Source of the DNA: Raja brachyura
Lineage: Eukaryota
DNA: 64,000 bases
Reading direction: 5' to 3'
Assembly: GCA_963514005.1 (NCBI GenBank)
Contig: OY740797.1
Span: 24,800,001 to 24,864,000, forward strand
Within the stretch, counting starts at the first letter, position 1; every line of letters begins with the position of its first letter. This document shows positions 1 through 11,300 of the stretch, one piece after another. Below the pieces are notes generated by a model. That model was not told the DNA's origin and did no database searches. It saw only the letters and a list, made by a program, of their open reading frames with translations. The translations under genes were made by a program, and so were the position numbers.

Positions 1-2010
1 GCAGACGACATATTATTATACATTACAAATTCTCAAATTAGCATACCAAATATATTAAATTGAATAAAGGAATATGGTTCTTTTTCAGGATATAGAATAA
101 ATTGGAATAAAAGCGAAATTATGACGATAAAACCTCAAGAGCCTACACATTTGCTGAAATTCCCTTTTAGAATTGCAACAGAAAAGTTAAAGTATTTGGG
201 TAACCAAATTACTAGAAAATATAAATCATTATTTAATGCAAACTACATGCCTTTAGTAACTAAATTGAATGTGTTGATTAAATTCTGGAAAACACTGCCG
301 ATATACTTAATAGGCAGAATAAATGCTATAAAAATGATCTTCTTACCACAAATACTGTACCTATTTCAATTATTACTAATATATTTACCAAAAAAAAAAA
401 TTAAAAACTAGACTCTGATATTGCAAATTTCATTTGGGACTATAGATCACATGGAATTCAAAGAAAACATCTGTGTAAATCTAAAGAATTCGGGGGACCG
501 ACACTCCCTAATTTGTTGTAATACTATTGGGCAGTGAATATTAAAAATATAATTTACTGGTTGGACAGTTCTGCCCAACAAGTAGACTGGATAAGAATGG
601 AGAAAGAGGATTGTTCCCCCTATAATATAGGAGCGATTCTTCTTTCTCCGATGAAACTGAACAACATAATATATAAGAAGAATCCAATTATTCACAGCAT
701 AATATGAATTTGGAAACAAATAAAATTAACTTTAAAATGAAGAAACTTATCCCTTCTTTCCCCAAAAGTTAATAATCCCTCATTCAAACCATCTATTGTT
801 GATAAAACATTTATCCATTGGGAAAGAATAGGAATGAAAATGATTGGAGATATGTATGAAATCGGAAAACTGCTATCATTCCAACAACTACAACTAAAAT
901 ATAATCTGAAAAGTAACCAATATTTCAAATACCTCCAAATTCGAGATTATTTGAAAAAACCATATACAAGGATATCAAACTCTAACCTCAGATTTATTAG
1001 ATGAAGGAATGAACAGAAAGGCAGAATCAAGCAATTTAATGTCATATTTATATAATATAATTTTAAATGTAGAAACACCAACGGCAGAGGCAATTAGAAG
1101 GGACTGGGAACAAGAGTTATTGATAAAAATCCCGAAAGATGGGAAAAAACCCTATTATATGTACGTAAATGTCCGATTAATGTAAGGCATAACTTAATTC
1201 AATTAAACATTTTACATAGATTATATTACTCGAAAACTAGATTGAATAAAATATTTCCAAACGTTTCCCCCATTTGTGACAAATTTCTAACTCAAAATGC
1301 CACTATAGCACATTCCTTTGTCTCCTGTACAAAACTTCATAAATTTTGTAATGAAATCTTTGGAACTTTTACAAAACTATTCAACACAAAACTGAACCCC
1401 AATACAGAATTGATTATCTTCGGATCAATGGAAGAGGGACGTAAGCTAACTACGTTCCAAGAAGCTTTCTTTAATTATGGTTTAATAACAGCAAAACAAC
1501 TTATACTTAAATTTTGGAAAAACGCATCCACGACAACGTTTAAAATGTGGATTTCAAATATGTCGGAAACGCAACATCTTGAAGAAATGAGATTCCTCCT
1601 ACTACGCAAAGTAGACCAATTCTTAACGATTTGGTCTCCTTTTATCGACTTCTCACAATAATATGGTGCAACATAACATAACCTTAAAAATTAAATGGTT
1701 CAGAACCGGGTGAAAGATATTAAATAGGTATATCTTTCCTAATTTATTTTCCTTTTTTTCCCTCTTTTTTTCAATCTCTTTAGCTTCTTATTTTTTCTTT
1801 CTGCCTCTCTCGCTATACGTTTCTACTCTCTTGTCTATCTATCACGACACTCTCTAATTTCTTCTTTCCATCGCTGCTCTTTAATTATTAAATCAAAAAT
1901 AAGACGTTGTGCAAGAATTGTAACGTGTCTGTATGCATCAGGTTTTTAGGTACCACATTACTGTAGTTACTTCTAACAAAACAAAAAATAATAAATAATA
2001 ATAATAATAA
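1..2010 (+). mobile_element. L1-clade LINE, decayed 3' part of ORF2 plus 3' UTR and A-rich tail (5' end outside window)
   Basis: Starts in the RT motif (gca gac gac ata tta tta tac = ADDILLY). ORF fragments include KYLG, GRINAIKMIFLPQILYLFQ and C-terminal CDK..H..C / WSPF, broken by stops and frameshifts. Pyrimidine-rich 3' UTR, then (AAT)n/A-rich tail at ~1978-2010. Confidence 0.9.
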
Positions 2011-2729
2011 TTCCCAATAGCAAAATGATAAAGAGGGAAAGGAGCTTAGTTTCAAGTTGCAGAAAATTTGGGACGGCCAGAACGGCAAAGGGGACATTTC
2101 GAATAGGACTGGAGCGCATAAATGCTGGAAAACATGCGACAGAAATGCAGGGAATGTTCAGTAAATTTGACAGTGTGATTTGAGAATTAACAATACAGAG
2201 CATACATGTTCTGCTGCGGGCAAGGAAGTCGAAGAAACATGGAAGAAAATGTACTATTTCATTTCAGCAGAATGGCGGATTTCGCCGCAGAATCATAGGG
2301 TCGGTAGGATTTCCTTGGAGAAAAAAGGTGACTACACTAAACTAACAGTTCTGCTTTCCCCAGTGATCCAGTTGTTGTCTCAGTTCTGACCAAAGGCGCT
2401 GTCTGCTCTGCTCAATCGAAGATACTAATTTCAAGAAAAGAGGACAGCTATTTAAAATCGAGTCGCATCGGAATTGCGTTTCACGGAAGGAGCTGAATCT
2501 CCTTTCCCTAAGTTAAGAAGGTAGATTATTGAAAACATTTAATTGAATTACCGATATTTGATTTGAAAGATCAGGGGATGGAAGGCTATGGGGAAATGGC
2601 ATAGAGGGTGGATTAATCACTTGCTGAATGGCGGGGCGGCCTTGAGTGTTCAGATTGCGGAAGATAGATACAAATAACTGGCGTAACTCAGCCGGACAAG
2701 CAGCATTTCTGGAGAGAAGGGAAGGGTGA

Positions 2730-2932
2730 TGTAGATGGTTTTGCATGCAACCAATAACATAGTTACCTCAATACCATTAACCCCGCCTAGTTAACATCAA
2801 TCATAACGCCTTCCCCTTCCTGGATACGGTTCACTAGAAGAATGTAGCCAGTATTTGAGGATGTATGTAATACCTTGTGCTATCATTAAAATGTGTTGAA
2901 CACTTTTAGAGTTTGTAAATTGCTTATTTACA
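2730..2932 (+). repeat. 5' LTR of Gypsy element
   Basis: TG..CA termini; matches 7075-7277 with one mismatch by eye (ctcaAtacc vs ctcaGtacc). Confidence 0.95.
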
Positions 2933-3026
2933 TGGTGTCGGAGCTGGAAGATACTTGCGCCTACCTGTCCATCGGGTTTTATTTCTTTTATTTGATTTGT
3001 GCCTTTTGTGCTTTATCTCTCTGACC

Positions 3027-6000
3027 ATGGCATCCTCGTGCAGAAAGCCCGCGCAGCTTGTCTTTGATGCTGATATTTCTGAGCGCTGGGCTACGTTTGA
3101 AATTGATTTCACCCACTTTGTCAACGTCGCTCACCGCAATGATCCTGACTCCCTCAAAGCCTCCCTCCTACTCAACCTTGTCGGACCTGATGCCATGAAG
3201 AGAGCCAGAACTTTCGTCTATGCTCCAGCGGTCCTGGACGACAACAACGTGGTGGTTACCCCTGCAGAATCTGCCAGTGACCCTGCTTGCCTGCTACGTA
3301 AGTTCAGGGAGATTTGTGACCTGCCCTCAAACCGCATTCTAGAGAGGGCACGGTTCTTTACAAGGAGACAGCTGCCGGAGGAACCTGTTGAATGTTTTAT
3401 TGCCGATTTGCGTTATCTCGCCCAGCGGTGCCGTTTCGGTGACATGACAGACCAGCTCACTAGAGACATTTTAGTAACTGGCATGCGTGACCAGAAGCTG
3501 CGATGTGAGCTTCTTAGGGATCCGGATCTAACGTTAGAAAAAGCCATGCATGCCTGCAGATTGTCTGAGGTCGTTGTATTGCCAGATGATCACCGGGACT
3601 TGAGAGATAAGTCTGTTCACCAGGCTGGATTTAGTAGAGCCCTGCCTCAGAGGGGAAACAATGCTTTTCTGCCGCGTGCCAACCCTGGTCCTGCTGATGT
3701 GCCCCCAAAAAGGTGCCCTAACTGTAACTACATGCACCACAGACGGTCGACGTGCCCTGCCTATGGCAAGGCTTGTAATTTTTGTAACAAACTGAATCAT
3801 TTCGCTTCTGCCTGCCGCTTATTCCGTTCTCGTGGGAGACAGGTACAGATTTCCAGACCCAGTCTAAACATGCTTAAACAATCTGATAGCTGTTCCAACC
3901 CACAGCCCGATGTTGCTGAATCCTATGATGCAGATCCAATTAATTCTCCCGAGGATTCGAATGTGTTTACCCTCCTCCAGGCACCTGGCCAACGTCTTGA
4001 TCCCTCCGTGTCTGTGACTGTCAACAATGTAACCTTCCTTGCGAAGTTAGATACTGGGGCAAAGGTCAATGTTTTGTCAATAAATCTTTTCAACAAGATA
4101 AGGACTAATGAGGCCTTGGTCGCTGACAATGCTACTCTACACGCCTATGGTGGAGAAATTCTCAGGCCTGTGGGGAGGGCCACTTTAACTTGCAGGCTAC
4201 AGAAGGCCACGAGAAACTTGATTTTTTATGTTTTGAACTCTGACTGTGTTACCCTGCTGGGAAACCGTGCGTGCCAAGATCTTGGCCTGGTGTCCTTCGA
4301 CCACACGGTCCACAAAGTGCAACTGTCATTTAACCCGATTGCAGAATACCAGGACCTGTTCAACGATGACCTGGGAAAGTTACCACTGACATACCATATT
4401 TCCATTGACCCAAATGTACAACCCGTGGTCCGCGCACCTCACAGGGTGTCCCACGCCATGAAAGACAGGGTCGAGGCGATGCTTAACAACATGGTCGACA
4501 AGGGGGTGCTAGAAGCGGTCAGCGAGCCCACCGATTGGGTCTCCACCATGGTTGCCACGATAAAGAAAGACAAGAATGAAATACGTGTGTGTATCAACCC
4601 CAAGGACTTAAACCTTGCCATCAGGTGACCACACTACCCCATGCGGTCTGTTGAGGATGTGGCGGCTCAGGTCGGGCAAGCCACCGTCTTTTCGGACCTA
4701 GACGCTAAGAACTCGTTCTGGCAGATCCCGTTGGACAAAGCATCTTCCGACCTGACAACCTTCGCCACACCATTCGGCAGATTCAAATTCCTGCGAATGC
4801 CATTCGGCATCAATTCCGCTAGTGAGGTGTTCCAGCGAACGATGGAGCAGATATTCTCGGGCCTGCCATGTGCCATCATTGTGGATGACATCTTAGTCTA
4901 TGGGAAGGACATTGCCGAACATGACCAGAACCTCCGCCGCGTCCTGGATCGGGCGCGAAAGGCCAACCTGAAGCTGAACCCAAAGAAGTGCCGGTTTCGT
5001 GTCTCAGAAGTCACGTATGTTTGCCACGTTTTCACCTCTAACGGACTAAAACCCGACCCTTTGAAGGCAGCGGCCATCTCTGAGATGGCAGCCCCCACCA
5101 ACGTGCCAGGTCTACAACGTTTCTTGGGCATGGTGAACTACCTTGGGAAGTTTGTACCACATCTCAGTGAGCTGAGTGCTCCCCTGCGGCAGCTGACAAA
5201 AAAGGATATCGCCTGGGTCTGGCTCCCACAGCACCAGCAGGCGTTTGACTGTCTCAAGTCGAAACTGATTAACACTCCGACATTGCGATTTTTTGATGCG
5301 AGTCGCCCCATCACCGTCACATGTGACGCTTCTAAGTTCGGCCTGGGCGTGGCATGCCTCCAATCTGTCGATGGATCGTTACATCCTGTCTCCTGTGCCT
5401 CCCGCACCATGACGGACACCGAGCAGCGGTACGCTCAGATCGAGAAGGAGCTGCTTGCGGTGGTGTTTGCCTGCTCCAAGTTCAGAGACTTCCTGTTTGG
5501 CAGCAGATTTACAGTCGAAACCGACCACCAGCCACTGGTGACAATCCTGAACAAGCCGATTCATGCTGCCCCTGCCAGGCTGCAGCGTATGATGCTGCAG
5601 CTCCAGCGCTTTGATTTCGACATCGTCTACAAGAAAGGCACCGAGATGCACATCGCGGACACGTTATCGCGTGCCCCACGGGCCTCCTGTGCTCGCCACC
5701 CCTACGAAACAGAGGACTTGCTCGTACTGGGCATCAATTTTATTCCCACCAAGCAGCTGCAGCTTTTGGCCGAGCACACCGCTGCCGATCCAGTTTTGCA
5801 ACGGCTTGCGTCTGTGATTAAATCAGGGTGGCCAACACCTGAGCCAACGCTCAGTGCCAATTCTACTGGCCTGGAATGGCCAAATATATTCGAGACCGTG
5901 TTTCTGCCTGCTCCACGTGCAACAGTCTTGCTCCACATCAGCAGCGACAGCCCCTGCTGCAACAGCCCGCTCCTGCCTTGGCCTGATCCTCGCTGGCTGC

Positions 6001-7012
6001 CGACATCTTCGAGTGGCGTGGTAACCACTACCTTGTCCTGGTCGACTCGTACTCAAACTGGTTCGAGGTGGATTTGCTGACATCCCTCACGTCGGAGATG
6101 GTGATCCGGAAGCTGCGGAAACACTTCTCCACGTTTGGGTCCCCTGTCAGGCTGCAGACTGACAATGGCAGGCAGTTTACCAGCCGTGAGTTCAAAAGTT
6201 TTGCTGACAAATGGAATTTTGTGCATTTCACCAGCAGCCCGGAGTACCCACAGAGCAACGGCCTTGCTGAATGGGCCGTCCGCAGCGCCAAGCTTCTGAT
6301 GGAACAAGCGAGACTGTCTAACTCTGATTTGTATTTGGATCTCCTGAACCTCAGGAATGTTTCCAGAGATCCAGCCATGGGGTCCCCTGCTCAGCGTCTG
6401 ATGTCCAGTACAACCAGATCTACCATCCCGATTGCCCAGCGCCAGCTGAAACCTCGGGTGCTGGAGCCTGCCTCTGTGCAGAGACGCATTCAAGAGAAAC
6501 ATGACAGCCAGCGGCGTTCCCACGATCGGTCGTGCAGACCACTCGATCCTCTGTTGCCTGGACAGGTTGTTCGATTGCAAACCGCCAGTGGTCACTCCCG
6601 TCTGGCTACTGTGGTTGGGGTGGCCGACTCACCTCGTTCGTATCTGGTCGACTATGAGGGAACCATCTACCGTAGAAGCCGACAACACCTGCTTGCGGTT
6701 AATGAGCCGAAGCCGCAGGCCCCGGGCCCCTATGCCCCGCCGCTCTCATACCAGCAGCCGCCTCCTGTCCCAGCCAGCGTTCCCTGCTTGCCTCGGTCCC
6801 CATATCGAGCGCCCGGTTCCCCTCTGCGCGGGTCACCTGTTGGCGGTCGCGGTTCTCCCTCTCCTGTTCCTCCAAACCCACCGCCCTTCCCTGGTTCCCC
6901 TGCTGTCTCGGGTCCCCCTGTTTTTTCTGCTCCTCTGGGGGAATGGGGAGGCATCCGTACGCGCTCGGGCCGGATCAGCAAGCCACCTGTTCGTTATGGC
7001 AATTCTGTTTAA
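3027..7012 (+). pseudogene. Gypsy gag-pol polyprotein, interrupted
   Basis: ORF pieces 2955-4628, 4641-6080 and 6068-7012. In-frame TGA at 4626-4628 within RT (LAIR*PHYPM). Internal deletion/frameshift near 5835: after SGWP the FYWPGM..CSTC segment lies in another frame and the preceding zinc-finger region is missing. Confidence 0.9.
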
Positions 7013-7074
7013 TTCTGTTTATTTCTGTTGTAGTGACAACGGTCTGTTTCTTTTAAATTTTCTAAGGGGAAGGA

Positions 7075-7277
7075 TGTAGATGGTTTTGCATGCAACCAAT
7101 AACATAGTTACCTCAGTACCATTAACCCCGCCTAGTTAACATCAATCATAACGCCTTCCCCTTCCTGGATACGGTTCACTAGAAGAATGTAGCCAGTATT
7201 TGAGGATGTATGTAATACCTTGTGCTATCATTAAAATGTGTTGAACACTTTTAGAGTTTGTAAATTGCTTATTTACA
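7075..7277 (+). repeat. 3' LTR of Gypsy element
   Basis: Preceded by the PPT, followed by TSD GGTGA. Confidence 0.95.
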
Positions 7278-7374
7278 GGTGACACTTCAGGTCGAGACCT
7301 TCAGACAGTTTTATTTCTTGAAACAAGACATACCTTGAGGAGATTTCGCAGTGGAGCGGGCAAAATGTGTCGAA

Positions 7375-7590
7375 AAGTACTGCAGATGCTGGTTTAAATC
7401 GAAGGTAGACACAACATGCTGGAGTAACTCAATGGGCCAGAGAGCATCTCTGGAGAGAAGGAATGGTGACGTTTCAGGTCGAGACCCTTCTTCAGTCTCG
7501 AACCGAAACGTCACCCATTCCTTCTCTCAAGAGATGCTGCCTGTCCCGCTGAGTTATTCCAGCATGTTGTGTGTATCTTCGGTTGTATTT
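7375..7590. repeat. Head-to-head inverted pair of a short Penelope-type terminal repeat (hairpin-forming)
   Basis: acacaacatgctggagtaactca...ggtgacgtttc is mirrored by gaaacgtcaccc...gagttattccagcatgttgtgt. The same family recurs at ~2670-2730, 9860-9980, 10665-10755, 33770-33895, 35180-35455, 38935-39060, 44135-44350 and 52250-52345. Confidence 0.8.
7465..7495 (-). ncRNA. Minimal hammerhead ribozyme motif in a Penelope-type repeat
   Basis: Minus strand reads CTGAAGA-AGGGTCTCGACCT-GAAA-CG-TC^ACC: CUGANGA core, stem II hairpin, GAAA, palindromic ACGT mini stem III and GUC cleavage triplet. Confidence 0.6.
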
Positions 7591-8270
7591 CTTGTTTTTT
7601 TGACTCCTACCGTTTTTCCCGAATCGAAAGCGATCTTTTGTTTTAATCCTGTGACAACGGGGAAATGGGGATGGCGCTTATCAACGGGGAATGATAAATT
7701 GGTCCCATCATCCAGGCGCTTTGATGGCGCTTTGCATGTCATACGGCAGTAAAATGTAGCAAAGGCTGGGCAAGGGGTGGAGGAGGAGGGGGCTGAACTG
7801 TTTCGAGAAGGGCTCCATGTACTTGCTTGATACTCCATGAGGACTTAGCTTGCTTAGCATCATGGCGTGTTCAATGGAAAGTATTGGCGCAATGAAAGCA
7901 GGGCGCATCTGCGAAACGTCACTGTATTTTCACAAAGGTCGATCTTGGACAGCATATTCGCGACCATCAGTACGAGGACATTGCTCAATAGATTGCATGG
8001 GCAAAAGCGCAATGGCAGCAATTTCTAGCTGCATTGAATTTCTGTAGTTGTTCAGCAAATGCTTTGTGAAATTTTCGGAAATGTGTGAGCAGCCACTAAC
8101 TTGACCTTTGATCCGCGTCAATGCGCAGAGAGGCATCTCATGCATGAGATGAGCATGAGCAGACTCACTTTCAGGCACACCCACTGAACCTAAGCATACT
8201 CGCGGTATTCCTCTCTCAGTATTTATTCGACACTTGTTTCAGTCGACTGTTCTCTGCAGTTTTGCCGTGC

Positions 8271-8322
8271 ATGATGACACGTGTCTTACTGCAATTGATT
8301 GTTCTTCACGTCAGCTGCGCCG
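8271..8322 (+). CDS. Gene A exon 1, signal peptide MMTRVLLQLIVLHVSCA
   Basis: ATG, hydrophobic core, phase-1 donor G|gtatat; ends 172 bp upstream of the V exon. Confidence 0.75.
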
Positions 8323-11300
8323 GTATATTTTACTCTTAGAGTCAAACCAGACAGTCAAACCGAGACTTAGTTATCAATTTATAAGTTTGCTAACCCTTTA
8401 TCTTTATTTTTTTTCTCGTACAATTTTTTACTAATTTGGTCATTACCTCAGTTTAATCCTAAGCCTTATAGTTTGATTTTTCGTTTCCCGACAGCTGGTG
8501 ACAATGGTCTGTTCAACGTAACACAAGTTCCAGAAGCTGTTTTGATGCGGGGTGACTCGGCAGTGCTTTACTGCATTTATCCAATCTTCTCAGACAACAG
8601 GCCGTTCAAAGTGCATTGGTGGAGAGATGGAGATAATAGATTCCTGGATGAAAGTGCAGACAAAAGAATCCAGTTTTATTTCCTGAGACGCGGAAGCGCT
8701 GTCTTACGGCTGGGAAACGTGACAGCGAAGGACGCGGGGCTCTATTTTTGCAGCTTGACGCGTACCAACGTTTTTAACGGGACTGGCACAAAGCTGGTAG
8801 TTTACGGTGAGTTTTGGGGAGAGGAGTAAGCCAGATCGGTCAACTTCACCAAGTCAAAGTGATAAGCTCAATCACGTTGAAGAAATTGCGCTTTCTTCAT
8901 TATCTGTGTCCTTTGAAATAATATGATTTATGTGATGGGTTGGATAGTGTTTTTGACGCAATTACCAAATAATCCGAATAGACTGATTGAGAGAGTAAAT
9001 GACGCCTTCCACATCTTCTGCTTGACAGAATTATAAAACCTTTTGCGTATATTTTAGATTTGCTTCAACGCAGAGGGAATGGTGTTACTGAAACCAACGA
9101 CACACGGCACAGGTAGTAGAGATTGAAAATATGTACGGTTCCGAATGTGGTACTGATCAAGGAGATTATTTTTTTTATTGATTTATTTGCAGCTGTTATC
9201 TTTTTTTATCTAAAGTGTAAGGAATTGCAAGTATAAGGAATTTCAAGTGTCAGGAATTACAAAATCAGAGAATCATACAACACAACAACTGGCCCGTTCT
9301 GCCCACGTTGTCTCTGCCCACCGTGCTACTTGTATATGTTGATGCTGTTTGCCTGCATTAGGCCCATATCCTTCTATAACTCTTCTGCGTAATTACCGGT
9401 CTAAGGAAATTTAAATGTTGTTATTGTACTGCACCCTCTCCGGTGGTAGATGTTCCAGGTATGCAAAACTTCCTCTTCTCCTTTACATTTTTCCCCTTTT
9501 ACCTAAAAACCATGCCACATAGTCCTTAATTCCACTATACTGAGGAAAAGACCCCGTCTATGCTACGAGTGGCCCCGATATTTAAAACAAAAACGTTTAT
9601 TACGTTACTCCTCTGCTTCCTTCCTTCCATTGAGAATAAACGTAGTTTACCAAATGTCTCGTTATAAAAAGGCCCTCTGTTTCAGTCAACATTCTGGTGA
9701 AACTCTTTTGCACTTGCTCAATTGGTACCATGTTTAACCGTAGTATAAGTTTGGTCACATTTCCGATTGTCCCGGATTACTTGAAATTATATAGGAACCG
9801 TGAAGCGAGTGAATCATTGAGGAACGCATAATTCAAGATCTATCTTGTTACATTTAGTCTGCAGACGGGTCACGACCCGAAACATCACCTATTCCTTTTA
9901 TCCAGAGATGCCTTCTGCGCGCTGAGTTACTCCAGCTTTTTGCCAGGTTTAACCCAGCTACTACAGTTCCTTCCTACACATTGTTGCATTAACGTGTATT
10001 CTCCGCTCACCTTCCAATCGATTGAAATGGCATTAAGAATATATAGATATTGAAAACGGTTTGTTTATAAATGGTGCAAATGTACTTGTAGTTTGTATCT
10101 CAAGCCTACGTTTTGGGCGGGTTACGCAGACGCTGATCACTGTTTGAGTTGTTGTAAATGGAAAGGGTTGATGACTTTTCCACGAATGAATGTCATTGAT
10201 ATCGTGTGGGAGGCCTTAACATTCCATCCAAATTCTTAAGGGAATGTGTTGGTCTGGGATTATTGCTCTCGAAGTAATGCAACTACTTTCTTCTGCGCTT
10301 AACGGAATTCTAAATAGCAAGCTGTTCCCTCTGGTCCAAGTTTACAATATTTTTTCACACAAGGACGCACATTTTTCTGACCTAACTCAAACATATTTTT
10401 GACCTCAAGTTATGCTGAATAAATCTTCTGCTCGATTTATTTATTTCAACAACGATAAAGAATATATTTGTAAAATTGTGATAGTCGAGCTGTTATTATG
10501 GGTTACATTTTGTACAATTATCTCATCAAATTATAATAGAAATCGTGAAGACGTTTAGAAAATTCAAGCTAATACTTTGGTTCTTAATGTCTGTGCATGG
10601 AACAGAGCGCATCATTTACTTGCGCTGCGAGTAGAAACAGAAACGATATGATATTTATGAAGGTACACAAAAGGCTGGAGAAACTCCGCGGGTGCAGCAG
10701 CATCTAAGGAGCGAAGGAGATAGGCCACGTTTCGGATCGAGACCCTTCTTCAGACATTTATGAAGTAAGGTAACTGTTGTATAACAGACCCAAACTGTAA
10801 AATCAGGGCATACAATAAAGAGGCTACAATGAACTTTGATTCAAGTCACGAAAATCACCGGACTGCTGAAATTTAAAAATCGTTTTATTTTCCAGATCCT
10901 CCAACTCCTCTGAGCTTGACCACCATGCTGCCGGAGAATACATCAGTTACTCTAATTTTCGTTTGTAAAACAGCCACGTTCTTTCCCCTTGATCTGAATA
11001 TTACTTGGTACAAAAATGGGTCAGATATGAAACCTAAAATGGAGCCAAAGAAAACACAGACAGCATCAGGACTCTACGGGGCTACGAGTTGCCTGACGGA
11101 GACTGAACATGTGGAGAGCGGAACAGTTTATACCTGCCAGGTGTCTCATATTTCTCTTCCAAATCCAATCAATATCAGCTACACTTTCTACAGCCGAGGT
11201 AAGAACAGCGATATATTTTCAGTATAATTTGGCTACTTAGAACCATGATTACCTCATAAACACAGGCACAGATAATAAATAACAATATTGTTCGTTTAGC

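Larger units (their letters stand above)
2730..7277 (+). mobile_element. Gypsy/Ty3 LTR retrotransposon (Mag-like), with both LTRs, recently inserted, coding region disabled
   Basis: 203-bp TG...CA LTRs at 2730-2932 and 7075-7277; 5-bp TSD GGTGA (2725-2729, 7278-7282); PBS TGGTGTCGG.. at 2933; PPT AAGGGGAAGGA at 7064-7074. Domain order gag (two Cys/His knuckles), protease (LDTGA), RT (IVDD), RNase H (CDAS..., ETDHQPL), integrase (TDNG..., PQSNG). Confidence 0.97.

Noticed and set aside
3534-7079. Many short antisense or alternate-frame ORFs within the Gypsy element (likewise within the CR1 and Rex1 elements)
   Set aside because: Shadow ORFs of transposon coding sequence, with no independent domain signal.
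8548-8559. RGDS in the gene A V domain as an integrin-binding motif
   Set aside because: It coincides with the structural A'-B turn (x-G-x-S) of V-set domains and is not conserved in genes B or C.
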